The translations under genes and the position numbers were made by a program. The notes below the pieces were generated by a model. The model was not told the DNA's origin. It ran no database searches and saw only the letters and a list, made by a program, of their open reading frames with translations. Positions 47,926 through 57,972 of a DNA stretch of 64,000 bases are shown piece by piece; position 1 is the stretch's first letter; the number at the start of each line of letters is the position of its first letter. Source of the DNA: Leptonemataceae bacterium (GTDB lineage Bacteria; Spirochaetota; Leptospiria; Leptospirales; Leptonemataceae); contig OZ245742.1 of the NCBI GenBank assembly GCA_965227295.1, forward strand, positions 2,880,001 through 2,944,000. Reading direction: 5' to 3'.

Positions 47926-49206
47926 ATGTCCGATACCAAAGCCGTACTGCGCAGCAAAGCCCACGTCGCCGAAGTCGATCCGGAAACCTACGAGATCCTG
48001 GTCAACGAGGACCGGCGCCAGCAGAACAACCTGGAGATGATCGCGTCCGAGAACTTCGTCAGCCGCGCGGTGCTCGAGGCCTACTCTTCCACGTTCACGA
48101 ACAAGTACGCCGAGGGTTATCCGGGCAAGCGGTACTACAACGGCTGCGAGAACGCCGACGCCATCGAAAGCCTCGCCATCGAGCGCTTAAAGAAACTCTT
48201 CGGCGCGAACTTCGCCAACGTGCAGCCGCACTCCGGCGCTCAGGCGAACACCGCGGTCTTTCAAGGATTCCTGAAAGCCGGCGATACCTTCATCGGCATG
48301 GACCTGGCCCACGGCGGCCACCTTTCTCACGGATCTAAAGTGAACTTTTCCGGACGTTACTTCAACGTCGTTTCGTACGGCGTGCGTCAGGACGACCATC
48401 GCATCGACTACGACGCCCTGCACAAGCTCGCGAAAGAAAACAAACCGAAGCTCATCATCGCCGGTTTCTCGGCTTACCCGCGCGTCCTCGACTTCGCGAA
48501 GTTTCGGGAGATTGCCGACGACGTGGGCGCGGTGTTACTCGCGGACATTGCGCACATCGCCGGTCTTGTGGCCGTGGGCGAACATCCCACGAGCGTCGGC
48601 GTCGCGCACATCACCACGTCCACCACGCATAAGACACTCCGCGGTCCGCGCGGCGGTCTCATCCTTTCAAACACGGAAGAACACAACAAACTCATGAACT
48701 CCCGGGTCTTCCCCGGTACCCAGGGCGGGCCGCTCATGCACGTCATCGCGGCCAAGGCCGTGGCCTTCGGCGAGGCGCTGCGCCCGGACTTCAAAGACTA
48801 CATCGTGAAAGTGAAAGCGAATGCAAAAGTGCTCGCGGAGACCTTTCTGGAACGCGGCCTGGACGTGGTCAGCGGCGGCACGGACAATCATCTCGTGTTG
48901 CTCGATGTAACGAAGAGCGGTGCCACCGGCGCCGTGGCCGCGGACGCCCTGGACGAAGTGGGCATCACCGCGAACAAAAACGGCATCCCGTTCGATCCGC
49001 ATCCGCCGGCGGTTACCAGCGGCGTGCGCTTCGGTTCACCGGCGCTCACCACGCGCGGCTTCGGCACCGACGAGTTCCGTCAGGTCGGCCACCTCATCTG
49101 CGATTTGTTGAGCAACGTCGAGGACGAAGCCACCCGCGGTCGCGTGCGCGACGGCGTGCGGGAACTCACGCAACGATTCCCCATGGATCGTTTTCGGCTG
49201 GATTGA
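47926..49206 (+). CDS. glyA: Serine hydroxymethyltransferase
   Basis: [59 protein letters not shown]. Confidence 0.98.
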   Translation: MSDTKAVLRSKAHVAEVDPETYEILVNEDRRQQNNLEMIASENFVSRAVLEAYSSTFTNKYAEGYPGKRYYNGCENADAIESLAIERLKKLFGANFANVQPHSGAQANTAVFQGFLKAGDTFIGMDLAHGGHLSHGSKVNFSGRYFNVVSYGVRQDDHRIDYDALHKLAKENKPKLIIAGFSAYPRVLDFAKFREIADDVGAVLLADIAHIAGLVAVGEHPTSVGVAHITTSTTHKTLRGPRGGLILSNTEEHNKLMNSRVFPGTQGGPLMHVIAAKAVAFGEALRPDFKDYIVKVKANAKVLAETFLERGLDVVSGGTDNHLVLLDVTKSGATGAVAADALDEVGITANKNGIPFDPHPPAVTSGVRFGSPALTTRGFGTDEFRQVGHLICDLLSNVEDEATRGRVRDGVRELTQRFPMDRFRLD

Positions 49207-49291
49207 AGATCCAGGCAAAGAGTAACTCATATAAAGTTAGGGAGCCTTCGATTTTAGCTTAAAAATAAGGAGTTTAGTCTGTTTTTATTAT

Positions 49292-49404
49292 GGGCGCGTC
49301 GCCTTCGGCGACCGGGCTTTCCAGGGCTCCGCTATCGCTGCGGTCCTTCGCGCTCCGCGCTACGGACTCGCGCTTGACGCGCGACCCTTCCAATCCCTCG
49401 CGCG
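49292..49404 (+). ncRNA. Flavo-1-like structured repeat/ncRNA, copy B
   Basis: GGGCGCGTCGCCTTCGGCGACCGGGCTTTCC...CCAATCCCTCGCGCG, close to the Flavo-1 pattern (GGGCGYG-hairpin-CGGGCTwTCC...AATCCCT.rCGC) as recalled. Confidence 0.6.
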
Positions 49405-49631
49405 AAGACCGGGCCATCTGGCGTTTTTTTGATGCAAAGGGGCCTCTTGCGGGCTTTTTAGTCGGCCCCCGCAGCGAAGCGGACGCCCGGAACGGATAAC
49501 CTGACCCACCACACCATCGTTCGGGTCGGCCACGAGCTACCAATACTGCAATTAAGTACTTGCCCCACCTCCGATGTACGATAAACTGAGTTAAAGGGCG
49601 AAGTATGCCCTGACAATTTACGGAGGTTGCA

Positions 49632-50321
49632 TTGGCAAAACGGAGATATCATCGCCCGCCGCCGCGTGAGCGCGAGCCCCGCATCAATCAGCGCATTCGA
49701 GTACCGAAGTTGCGTGTCATTGTGGACGGAGAAGCACGAATCATTCCCACCGAGGAAGCCCTGCAAATGGCGAAGGCCCAGGGGCTGGATCTGGTGGAGG
49801 TCTCGCCGGATCAAGATCCGCCGGTGGCCAAAATCATCGACTACGGAAAATATAAGTACGAGCAACAGAAGAAAAAGAAAGAGGCCGCTCGCAATCAGCA
49901 TACCATTCACATCAAAGAAGTGAAGCTGCGGCCGAAGATCGCCGACCACGACTACGATCTCAAGCGTCGGAACGCCCACTCGTTCCTGGAAGCGGGTGAC
50001 AAGGTCAAGGTAACGCTGCGCTTTCGTGGCCGGGAAATCACCCACCCGGAACTGGGCATGAAGCTCATGGACAAGCTCGCCAAAGATCTCACCGAGGTCG
50101 GCCAGGTGGAAGCCCCGGCCCGGCAGGACGGCCGGCAAATCGTCATGGTGCTTGCACCGCGGCCCGGCATGCGCAAGAAAGTGCAGGAGAAGCAAGGATC
50201 CGAGCAGGGCAAGAAGGGCGACGGCGGCGGCAAAGCGCCGAAGAAATCCGGAGACGAGCAGGGTGGCGGTAAAAAAGAAGTTGCCGGGCAACCCTCTTCT
50301 GAAACCGTGTCCGCTTCATAA
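49632..50321 (+). CDS. infC: Translation initiation factor IF-3
   Basis: [14 protein letters not shown]...[43 protein letters not shown] start after GGAGGT. Confidence 0.97.
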   Translation: MAKRRYHRPPPREREPRINQRIRVPKLRVIVDGEARIIPTEEALQMAKAQGLDLVEVSPDQDPPVAKIIDYGKYKYEQQKKKKEAARNQHTIHIKEVKLRPKIADHDYDLKRRNAHSFLEAGDKVKVTLRFRGREITHPELGMKLMDKLAKDLTEVGQVEAPARQDGRQIVMVLAPRPGMRKKVQEKQGSEQGKKGDGGGKAPKKSGDEQGGGKKEVAGQPSSETVSAS

Positions 50322-50332
50322 GCAGGGAAAGT

Positions 50333-50530
50333 ATGCCGAAGCTGAAGACCAACAAAGCAGCAAAGAAGCGCTTCCGGTTCACCGCGTCCGGAAAGGTGAA
50401 GCGTTCCAGCGCGAACGTGAACCACATTCTTACGAAGAAGAACATGAAACGCAAGCGGCAACTGCGCGGTACGACCATCGTGCACACCGCGGACGTAAAA
50501 GCAATCCGCGACCTTCTACCGAATCAGTAA
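50333..50530 (+). CDS. rpmI: 50S ribosomal protein L35
   Basis: [24 protein letters not shown]...HILTKK. Confidence 0.97.
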   Translation: MPKLKTNKAAKKRFRFTASGKVKRSSANVNHILTKKNMKRKRQLRGTTIVHTADVKAIRDLLPNQ

Positions 50531-50572
50531 CAGTACAGGGCGCCGGCCCCGGGCCGGCGGACGTCAGGAATC

Positions 50573-50914
50573 ATGAGAGCAACGAACGGAAAGATTCACA
50601 AGAATCGCCGCAACAAAATCCTCAAGCAGGCCAAAGGCTTTCGCGGAGCGCGGCATCGCCTCCAGAAAGCTGCAACCCAGGCCGTCCTCAAGGCCGGGCA
50701 GCATGCCTTCGTTTCCCGTCGCCAGAAAAAGCGGGAAATGCGCGCCCTCTGGATCGTGCGGATCAACGCCGCCGCCCGCGTGAACGGTGTTTCCTACTCG
50801 CAGCTCATCCATCGCCTTACGAAAGCGGGCGTGGCCATGGATCGCAAGGCCCTGGCCGACATGGCTTACGCCGATCCGGACGGCTTCAAACAACTCGTCG
50901 AGTCGGTCAGCTGA
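50573..50914 (+). CDS. rplT: 50S ribosomal protein L20
   Basis: KILKQAKGFRG, RRQKKREMRALWIVRINAAAR, SYSQLI, DRKALADMA. Confidence 0.97.
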   Translation: MRATNGKIHKNRRNKILKQAKGFRGARHRLQKAATQAVLKAGQHAFVSRRQKKREMRALWIVRINAAARVNGVSYSQLIHRLTKAGVAMDRKALADMAYADPDGFKQLVESVS

Positions 50915-50949
50915 GTCGACGTAACGATTCTGCGACCCCCGGTCGCCGT

Positions 50950-50980
50950 AAAAATCCCGGAGCCCGCTCCGGGATTTTTT
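50950..50980 (+). terminator. Rho-independent terminator after rplT
   Basis: AAAAATCCCGGAG-CCCG-CTCCGGGATTTTTT. Confidence 0.88.
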
Positions 50981-51190
50981 ATGTACCGGCCGGTGCGGCT
51001 TTTCACCGCGGTCCCGATTTTCCCGCATTTTTCCCGGTCCTGACGGATTTTTATCCGAACCGGCGAAAAAAACTTCTTGTTTTCAGTCAATCGGCCGTCA
51101 TTCACAGTAACGCGGTGTCGCCCCGACGCCGGTTCATTCTATAGCCAGTACTTGTAGAACTTAAGCTGCACAAATCAGGAGCACTGATTC

Positions 51191-51985
51191 ATGATTACGA
51201 TTGAACAACTGGACGAGCTGGAAGGCCGGATCCTTCGCGCGCTGGAACTCATCGGCGACCTTCGCTCAGAAAATTCCAGGTTGGAGTCGGAGAACGAAAC
51301 CCTCCGCAAAGAGCACGACGAACTCAAACTCGCCCTCGAACAGAAAGAGAAAGAATTCAAAGAAGTCAAAGACAAGCTCGACGAGACCTCGCGTGAGCTG
51401 AACGAACTCAAGTCTCGCGAAGAAGTCCTCGAACGCAAGATCAACGAAATGCTCGGCAAGCTGTCGGACATGGGCGGCGGTGCCGCCGTGGCTTCGGCCG
51501 CTGCCGCTGCCGCTCCGGCTCCCACCCCGGAACCGGTGGCGCCGGCACCCGAACCTGAGCCCGCTCCGGAACCGGAACCGGTCGCCGAAGAACCGGCCCC
51601 GGCTCCCGCTCCGGAACCGCCCGCGGCCGCGCCGGCTCCCGCCTCCGACGAAGATGAGAGCGTGGTCATCATTGAAGACGATCTGCCCGAATCGAAGGCC
51701 GCGGAAACACCTGCCGCCGAACCGGCCCCGGACAAAGAAGACGAAATCATCATCCTGGACGACGATGACGACGACGTCATCCTCTCCGAGGAAACTCCGG
51801 TGGAATCGGTTGCGGCTCCGGAACCCGAACCCGCGGCTCCGGCCGTGGACGATTCTCCGGCCGCCTCCGCGGCCATGGTCGACGACGCCGACGATGAGAT
51901 CATCCTGGAAGACGACGACGATTCCCTGGGAGTCTTCGACGTCGACGATGACGACGATTTCCTGATCGTTGAAGAAGACGCCTGA
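51191..51985 (+). CDS. zapB: ZapB-like coiled-coil protein with long Pro/Ala/acidic disordered tail
   Basis: IEQLDELEGRILRALELIGDLRSENSRL coiled coil; directly upstream of zapA. Confidence 0.7.
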   Translation: MITIEQLDELEGRILRALELIGDLRSENSRLESENETLRKEHDELKLALEQKEKEFKEVKDKLDETSRELNELKSREEVLERKINEMLGKLSDMGGGAAVASAAAAAAPAPTPEPVAPAPEPEPAPEPEPVAEEPAPAPAPEPPAAAPAPASDEDESVVIIEDDLPESKAAETPAAEPAPDKEDEIIILDDDDDDVILSEETPVESVAAPEPEPAAPAVDDSPAASAAMVDDADDEIILEDDDDSLGVFDVDDDDDFLIVEEDA

Positions 51986-52016
51986 TCCATACTTCACGGT
52001 GGTATGAAGAGGAGCG

Positions 52017-52355
52017 ATGCCGGAGCAGAATGATGCGCAAAGTCCCGATGAGCGGGTCAGCGTAGAAATTCTCGGTGAGCGCTACGTCATTCGCGGGCAC
52101 GCCGATCCCGGCTACATTGCCGAGGTCGCGCGGCTCGTGGACGAACGCATGCGTGAACTCCAGGGCTCCGCGCGGGGCATCAACCGCAGTCGCCTGGCCG
52201 TGCTCACCGCCATCAACCTGGCCGACGAACTTTTACAGGAACGCGACCGCGATTCGGAAGAGCGCCACGAATTCGACGAGGTCACCGCGCGTACGCGGCA
52301 GTTGATAACACTGCTGGATGAGGGCTTGATCGGGGACGCGGGCGAGAACGTTTGA
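52017..52355 (+). CDS. zapA: Cell division protein ZapA
   Basis: VSVEILGERYVIRG..DPGYI.EVARLVDERMREL...LAVLTAINLADEL. Confidence 0.92.
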   Translation: MPEQNDAQSPDERVSVEILGERYVIRGHADPGYIAEVARLVDERMRELQGSARGINRSRLAVLTAINLADELLQERDRDSEERHEFDEVTARTRQLITLLDEGLIGDAGENV

Positions 52356-52372
52356 GTCGGCCCGAAGAGGGT

Positions 52373-52544
52373 GAGACCGCCTGTGCCGGTACTGCAAGAT
52401 TTTTGGGACCCTGTACAAACAGGTGGGTTTCCTATCGACGCCTTCAACCTTCCCCGCGGGGGCCTGGCATCCCGCGCCGAACTCCGGAATCCCGTATTAA
52501 GAGAGTTGGCCCAAAAATTTTGTGTTCCCGAGCACCGCAGTCTC
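52373..52544 (+). ncRNA. ssrS: 6S RNA
   Basis: Canonical position between zapA and 5-FTHF cyclo-ligase; about 170-nt rod in which GAGAC..GTGC pairs with GCAC..GTCTC and GCAAGATTTTTGGG pairs with CCCAAAAATTTTGT; ends approximate. Confidence 0.78.
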
Positions 52545-52611
52545 AGAGGTAAATTAGCGAAGTAAGGCCGCGGTGGTCAAGTAAGTCCCAGGCGGTGGTC
52601 TCTCGTTCGGC

Positions 52612-53166
52612 ATGCTGGAAAAAATCGAAGCACGACGGCTGGCCCGCGCGGCCTGGAAAGATTTCCTGCGCGAGCCGGACCGAATAGAACGCCTCGGCGC
52701 ATTGTTGCGCGCGGAACTTGTGAGTGCCCGCGGTCGCCTGCTGATCTACCTCGCCCTGCCGGATGAATTCGATCTCCTGCCCTGGCTTCGCGAGTTGCCG
52801 GAATCGGTGGAACTCTTTGCGCCGGTCACTTTTGCCGATCGTATGGAGTTTCGCCGCTTCTTGTTGAAAAGCGATCGGGCCGTGCCCGGGTATCGAAACG
52901 TTCCCGGCCCGTCGCCGCGGGCCGAGGCCCTGGCCTGGCCGCTGCAACCGGAGGACGTTGCCGTGATTCCCTGCCTCGGCGTGAATGATCGCGGTTTTCG
53001 TCTGGGCCGGGGCGGAGGATACTACGATCGTATGCGCGCGGAGCTTATGCCGGCGCGGCGCATCGCGCTTTTGCCGCGCGAGTTAAGTGTTATGTCGTTC
53101 GCGGAAGAGGCGCACGATTTACAACTGAACGATATTCTAACGGACGGGGGAATCGTCCGAAGATAA
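52612..53166 (+). CDS. 5-formyltetrahydrofolate cyclo-ligase
   Basis: YLALPDEFD, VIPCLG...GFRLGRGGGYYDR, EAHD....ILT. Confidence 0.92.
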   Translation: MLEKIEARRLARAAWKDFLREPDRIERLGALLRAELVSARGRLLIYLALPDEFDLLPWLRELPESVELFAPVTFADRMEFRRFLLKSDRAVPGYRNVPGPSPRAEALAWPLQPEDVAVIPCLGVNDRGFRLGRGGGYYDRMRAELMPARRIALLPRELSVMSFAEEAHDLQLNDILTDGGIVRR

Positions 53167-53219
53167 ATATTGTTGTTCCCCCTGGAACTCGCTCTGTATA
53201 CTGTCCCGGACTCAAGCGC

Positions 53220-53735
53220 ATGGACTACGGCAAACTCATACCCGGCGTCGAATTTCTCGGCGATAACCCCGATGAAGAAGGCGCCGGCGAAGACATTCAT
53301 CAGTTTTTAACCTTCGCCGTGGCCGGTGGTGAGTACGGCATCGACGTCCTCGACACCCATGAAATCCTGAAGCCCGTGCTCGTTACGCGGCTGCCGAACG
53401 TAGAAGACGACGTCCTGGGCGTCATCAATTTACGCGGAAACATCATCCCCATTATCGATTTGAATCGCAAGTTTCGCGGCGAGTTCAGCGTCGTGGACGT
53501 GCAGTCGCGCATCATCGTCGTTCACCATCGTGGCAAGTACACCGGACTGTTGGTGGATCGGGTCCTGGAAGTCGCCCAGGTGCCGGAGTCCGGCCTGGAA
53601 GGCTCCGAGGTGCGCGGCCTGTCGAACGAGTACATCGAGGGCGTGGGTCGCAGCAAGGAGCGCCTGTTTCTGATCCTGAACCTGGACATCATCATCAATC
53701 GTCCCGCGGCGGAAATCCAGGAGGCACAGAGCTGA
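53220..53735 (+). CDS. cheW: Chemotaxis coupling protein CheW
   Basis: QFLTF....EYGID, TRLPN....LGVINLRGNIIPIIDL, GLLVD.V.EV. Confidence 0.95.
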   Translation: MDYGKLIPGVEFLGDNPDEEGAGEDIHQFLTFAVAGGEYGIDVLDTHEILKPVLVTRLPNVEDDVLGVINLRGNIIPIIDLNRKFRGEFSVVDVQSRIIVVHHRGKYTGLLVDRVLEVAQVPESGLEGSEVRGLSNEYIEGVGRSKERLFLILNLDIIINRPAAEIQEAQS

Positions 53736-56700
53736 TGTCCGACAGCAATCAGGAACGGTACCTCGACATCTTCCTCGAAGAGGCGTCCGAGCAAATCGAC
53801 AATCTCAACGAGAGCCTGCTGCGCCTCGAAAAAGAAGGCGCTCAGGACGGAATCATCAACGAACTCTTTCGCAGCGCGCATACGCTGAAATCGGCGGCGG
53901 CTTTCGTCGGCTTCGATCGCCTCAGCGCGCTCTCGCACAGCATGGAGGATCTGCTCCAGAAGGTTCGCGACGACGAACTGCAAATCAGTACCGAACTGGC
54001 GAACCTCTTTTTTCAGATTGTAGACCGCATTCGCTCGTTTCTTTCGAAGGTTTCCGCGGGTCAGGAAGCGCCGGAGGAATTCGACGATCTTACCCAGGCC
54101 ATCGAGAGTTACGCCGCCGGTGGCGGATCCGTCGCGCAAAGTACATCTGAGCAAAAGTTAGCGGACCCGCCGCCCGCCGCTCCCGCGGTTACGGCCGAAC
54201 CGGCAGGTGCCGCTGCGCCCGCGGAGTCGTCGCCGCCCGCTGCATCGACCGCGTCCGCAAGCGGCGGCGATAAAATGGAATTCATCCAGCTCAGCGCGGA
54301 AGAAGAAGAGGAACTGCGTTCTCTCGCCGGGAGTAAGAACATCTTCGACGGCTGCGTCCGCCTGGACCGCGATTCGGCCATGAAGAACATGCGCTACCTG
54401 CTGCTCTTCGAAAATCTCAAACGCGAGGCGAATCTCTTTCGCTCGCATCCCGGGTCGGAGGCCCTGGAAGGTGACGAGGACATTGAGGCCCTGCGGTTCA
54501 TCGTCTACGGCGACATCGATCGGGCGAAGCTCGCTGCCGTCTGCCAGGTGGATATGGTGGAAGAAGTCCGCCTCGCGGAGCACGCCGTGCCCGGAGCGGC
54601 ACGCCGCCGCCAGGACATGGACAGCGGCCAGGAATCCCGCATTCAATCCAAGAACATCAAGGTGTCGTCCGAGAAGATCGACTACCTCATGAACAACGTC
54701 GGCGAGTTGGTCATCATCAACTCGGGTTTGCAGAAGATCTACGAAGACATGCAAACGAACATGGGCGAATCGGCGGCCCTCTCCGAACTCAAAAACAAGA
54801 TCGACCAGGCCGAGCGCATTGCCCGCGATTTGCAGTCGGGTATCATGAAGACGCGCATGATCCCGGTGGGGCTGGTCTTTCATCGCTTCACGCGACCGGT
54901 GCGGGACCTGTCTCTGGAAATGAACAAGGACGTGGAGCTGGAGTTCCACGGCGAAGACACCGAACTCGACAAGAACATCATCGACGCCCTTTCGGAACCG
55001 CTGTTGCACCTGCTGCGGAACTCCATGGACCACGGCATTGAATCGGCGGAAGAGCGGGCGAAGACCGGCAAACCCCCCGCCGCGAAACTTGCACTCAACT
55101 CGTATCAGAGCGGGAACAACATTATCATCGAGGTCTCCGACGACGGCCGCGGCCTCAATCGCCAGCGCATCTTTCAGCAGGCCGTGAAGAAAGGCCTGGT
55201 GAACCCCGACGCGGACCTGCGCGACGAAGAAGTCTACGACTTAATCTTTCACTCCGGCTTCTCCACGGCGGACGCCGTGACCGACATCAGCGGCCGCGGC
55301 GTGGGCATGAACGTCGTAAAGAAGATGGTCGAAGACTTTAAGGGCAACGTGCAGATTGTCTCCACTCCGGGCCAGGGCACCACGTTTCTGCTGTCGTTCC
55401 CGCTGACGCTGGCCATCTTTTCGGCCATCATTGTTTCGCTGAAAGACGAAGAATACGCCTTCCCCCTGGCCGATGTCGTGGAAACCATTAAGGTCTCCCA
55501 GGATGAAATTACGTCTTTGCAGGGCCGCGACATCATTAACCTGCGCGGCGACATCCTGCCGGTCTTTCACCTGGGCGAGATCATGGGTTTCCCGCCGGAA
55601 GAGGAAGTCGAAGAGTTCCCCGTGCTCATTGCCATGTCAGCGAACCGCAAGGTCGGCTTCATCGTCGACGGACTCAACGGCAAACGTGAAATCGTAATCA
55701 AATCTCTGGAGCAAAACTTCAAGAGTGTGCGCGGACTCATCGGCGCGTCGATCATGGGGGACGGCCGCATCATCATGGTCGTCGACGTCCAGGGCCTGCT
55801 GGACATGACCCAGCGGCGCGGCCTCAAGGAACTGCCCGGGCGCCAGCTCGAAGAAGTCCACGACGCCACCGAAGCTTACGCTGCGGTGCAGGCCTACAAC
55901 GAACGCGTGGCGGAGCTGATCGAACAGCAACGCCAGTCGGCCATGGAATGGGAGTTCGGTTTCGACGAGGAGCTCGCTGAAGAGCGTCGCAAAGTCGAAG
56001 CCCAGGCCCTGGCCACCGGCGTCGCCGCGGGAACGTCCGCTCCCGCCCCGGCGGCGATTCCGGCGGACTCCCGGGCCGGCGACAGCCGCGACACGTCCCG
56101 GATGATGCGCGACGAAATGGAGCGCCGCCCGGACTCCGGCGGCTCCGGACGCGCCGATACCATTCCCGCGCGCCCCGTGGCGCCCATGCCTGGAGAAGCG
56201 GCACCGGCGGCGCCCGCTCCGGAGAAAGAACGCGCCGCGCCCCTGCGCGAACTCTCCGAAGAGGATTATCAAAAATTGTTTTCATTGATCAGCACCGGCA
56301 TGACCAATGCCGGCGGGGTTCTGTCCCAGTTGCTCGGCGTGAAGGTCGAGGTCTCCGTTCCGGAGTTCAAGACCATGGAGTACTCCGATCTCCGCGGCCA
56401 CATGCCGAAGGGCGGTCTGCTCGCTTCGGCGGTGGAGGCCGAGGAGGGCATGGACGCCGTCGTCCTTTTGGTCTTCGACGAAACCACCGGTTACCAGGCG
56501 GCAGGGGATCTCATGGGCGTCCCGCAGGAGCAATGGGGGCCGGACGGCATCAGCGACGAGGACCTGGGGTCCGTGCTCATGGAGTTGATCAACATCGTCG
56601 GCGCCAGCGTTTTGAACGAGATGTCCAACAAGACCGGCCTGACCATTACGCCGACGGTACCCGAGTTCCGGCGCGGCGACTCCGAAAAGATCGTGCAGTG

Positions 56701-56854
56701 GATCGACGAAAAAGAAGGCAAGGGTGCCGAAGCCCGCGGCCTCAAAGTGCTCTACATCACCGCCGACTTCTTCCGCCAGGACCTGGAGTTCCTGGGACGA
56801 CTGTTCATGATTCCGTCGTCACGCTCCCTGGCCAGAGTGGTAAACAAACTCTGA
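53735..56854 (+). CDS. cheA: Chemotaxis histidine kinase CheA with C-terminal CheC-like domain
   Basis: HPt FRSAHTLKS, dimerisation domain KIDYLMNNVGELVI, HATPase HLLRNSMDHGIE...DDGRGL...SGRGVGM, CheW domain, then CheC-like NAGGVLSQLLGVKVEVSVP...LMELINIVG. Confidence 0.95.
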   Translation: MSDSNQERYLDIFLEEASEQIDNLNESLLRLEKEGAQDGIINELFRSAHTLKSAAAFVGFDRLSALSHSMEDLLQKVRDDELQISTELANLFFQIVDRIRSFLSKVSAGQEAPEEFDDLTQAIESYAAGGGSVAQSTSEQKLADPPPAAPAVTAEPAGAAAPAESSPPAASTASASGGDKMEFIQLSAEEEEELRSLAGSKNIFDGCVRLDRDSAMKNMRYLLLFENLKREANLFRSHPGSEALEGDEDIEALRFIVYGDIDRAKLAAVCQVDMVEEVRLAEHAVPGAARRRQDMDSGQESRIQSKNIKVSSEKIDYLMNNVGELVIINSGLQKIYEDMQTNMGESAALSELKNKIDQAERIARDLQSGIMKTRMIPVGLVFHRFTRPVRDLSLEMNKDVELEFHGEDTELDKNIIDALSEPLLHLLRNSMDHGIESAEERAKTGKPPAAKLALNSYQSGNNIIIEVSDDGRGLNRQRIFQQAVKKGLVNPDADLRDEEVYDLIFHSGFSTADAVTDISGRGVGMNVVKKMVEDFKGNVQIVSTPGQGTTFLLSFPLTLAIFSAIIVSLKDEEYAFPLADVVETIKVSQDEITSLQGRDIINLRGDILPVFHLGEIMGFPPEEEVEEFPVLIAMSANRKVGFIVDGLNGKREIVIKSLEQNFKSVRGLIGASIMGDGRIIMVVDVQGLLDMTQRRGLKELPGRQLEEVHDATEAYAAVQAYNERVAELIEQQRQSAMEWEFGFDEELAEERRKVEAQALATGVAAGTSAPAPAAIPADSRAGDSRDTSRMMRDEMERRPDSGGSGRADTIPARPVAPMPGEAAPAAPAPEKERAAPLRELSEEDYQKLFSLISTGMTNAGGVLSQLLGVKVEVSVPEFKTMEYSDLRGHMPKGGLLASAVEAEEGMDAVVLLVFDETTGYQAAGDLMGVPQEQWGPDGISDEDLGSVLMELINIVGASVLNEMSNKTGLTITPTVPEFRRGDSEKIVQWIDEKEGKGAEARGLKVLYITADFFRQDLEFLGRLFMIPSSRSLARVVNKL

Positions 56855-56885
56855 ACGACCGGTTTACTTTTTAATTAATTCATCT

Positions 56886-57956
56886 ATGACCTTTCGCATC
56901 CTACTCGTGGACGACAGTCGCCTCACCCGGCGCATCGTCTCAGATGTACTTACAGGCATAGACGGCGTGAGCATTGCCGGGGAGGCGGGCAACGGCAAGG
57001 AGTGCCTGGAGTTTCTGCGTACCCATGCGGTTCCGGATTTGATCATCATGGACGTGGAGATGCCCGAACTGGACGGCATTGCCACGCTGAAGATGATGCA
57101 GCAGGAAGGCCTGAAAGTACCCGTGCTCATGCTCTCCGTGCTGACCCAGGCCGGAGCCTTTACCACGTTTCGCGCTCTCGATCTGGGCGCCCTGGATTTC
57201 GTACCCAAGCCCGGTCCCGACAGTGACCTGGGCGTGGAACAGATTGAAAGTCTGCTGAAGAATCGTGTGCAGGAAATCATTCAGAGTCGTCAGGATACCG
57301 GCCCGGCCCGGCCGGTACCGGCGGTTTCCGGTTCGCCGGACGGCACCGCGCCCCGGGTCAACCTGTCCACGCCGGCCGTGCCCGGACAGTACGATGTGTT
57401 GCTCATCGGCGCTTCGACGGGCGGCCCCCAGGCGCTTCAGGAAATCTTCCGCAATCTTCCGCAAAACTTTCCAGCACCGGTCATCCTTGTGCAGCACATG
57501 CCGCCGTTTTTTACGGCGGCCTTCGCGGATCGTTTGAACAATCTCGGCTCACTTTCGGTAGTGGAAGCGATCAGCGGGATGCCGCTCAAGCCGGGTCACG
57601 CCTACGTGGCGCCGGGAAATCGACACCTGCTCGTTACAACGAACGGTGACGAAGTTCTTACGGAACTGAACGATGATCCGCCGCTGCGCGCGCATAAACC
57701 GGCGATTGACAGGACACTGCTGTCCGTGGTAGACGCCTACGGTGGACGGGCCGCGGCGCTGATCATGACCGGAATGGGTCGAGACGGCGTCGAAGGCGCG
57801 CAGGCGCTCTGCCGGGCCGGGGGCTTCGTCCTCGCGCAGGATGAGGCGTCCAGTGTTGTGTACGGCATGAACCGCCGGGCGGTGGAAGCCGGAGTGGTGC
57901 ACGAAGTGGTACCGCTAAAAAATATAGTTGAAGTTCTATCCAGATATTTTCCTTAG
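56886..57956 (+). CDS. cheB: Chemotaxis methylesterase CheB
   Basis: REC domain plus GASTGGP, VQHMP, MTGMGRDG, QDEASSVVYGM. Confidence 0.97.
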   Translation: MTFRILLVDDSRLTRRIVSDVLTGIDGVSIAGEAGNGKECLEFLRTHAVPDLIIMDVEMPELDGIATLKMMQQEGLKVPVLMLSVLTQAGAFTTFRALDLGALDFVPKPGPDSDLGVEQIESLLKNRVQEIIQSRQDTGPARPVPAVSGSPDGTAPRVNLSTPAVPGQYDVLLIGASTGGPQALQEIFRNLPQNFPAPVILVQHMPPFFTAAFADRLNNLGSLSVVEAISGMPLKPGHAYVAPGNRHLLVTTNGDEVLTELNDDPPLRAHKPAIDRTLLSVVDAYGGRAAALIMTGMGRDGVEGAQALCRAGGFVLAQDEASSVVYGMNRRAVEAGVVHEVVPLKNIVEVLSRYFP

Positions 57957-57972
57957 ACGGGAGGGGTATACT

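Noticed and set aside
46978..49206. Glycine cleavage operon or glycine riboswitch near the lipoate ligase and glyA
   Set aside because: No gcv genes or riboswitch motifs visible.
49440..49630. L20 leader or riboswitch upstream of infC
   Set aside because: No recognisable consensus by eye; would need a covariance-model search.
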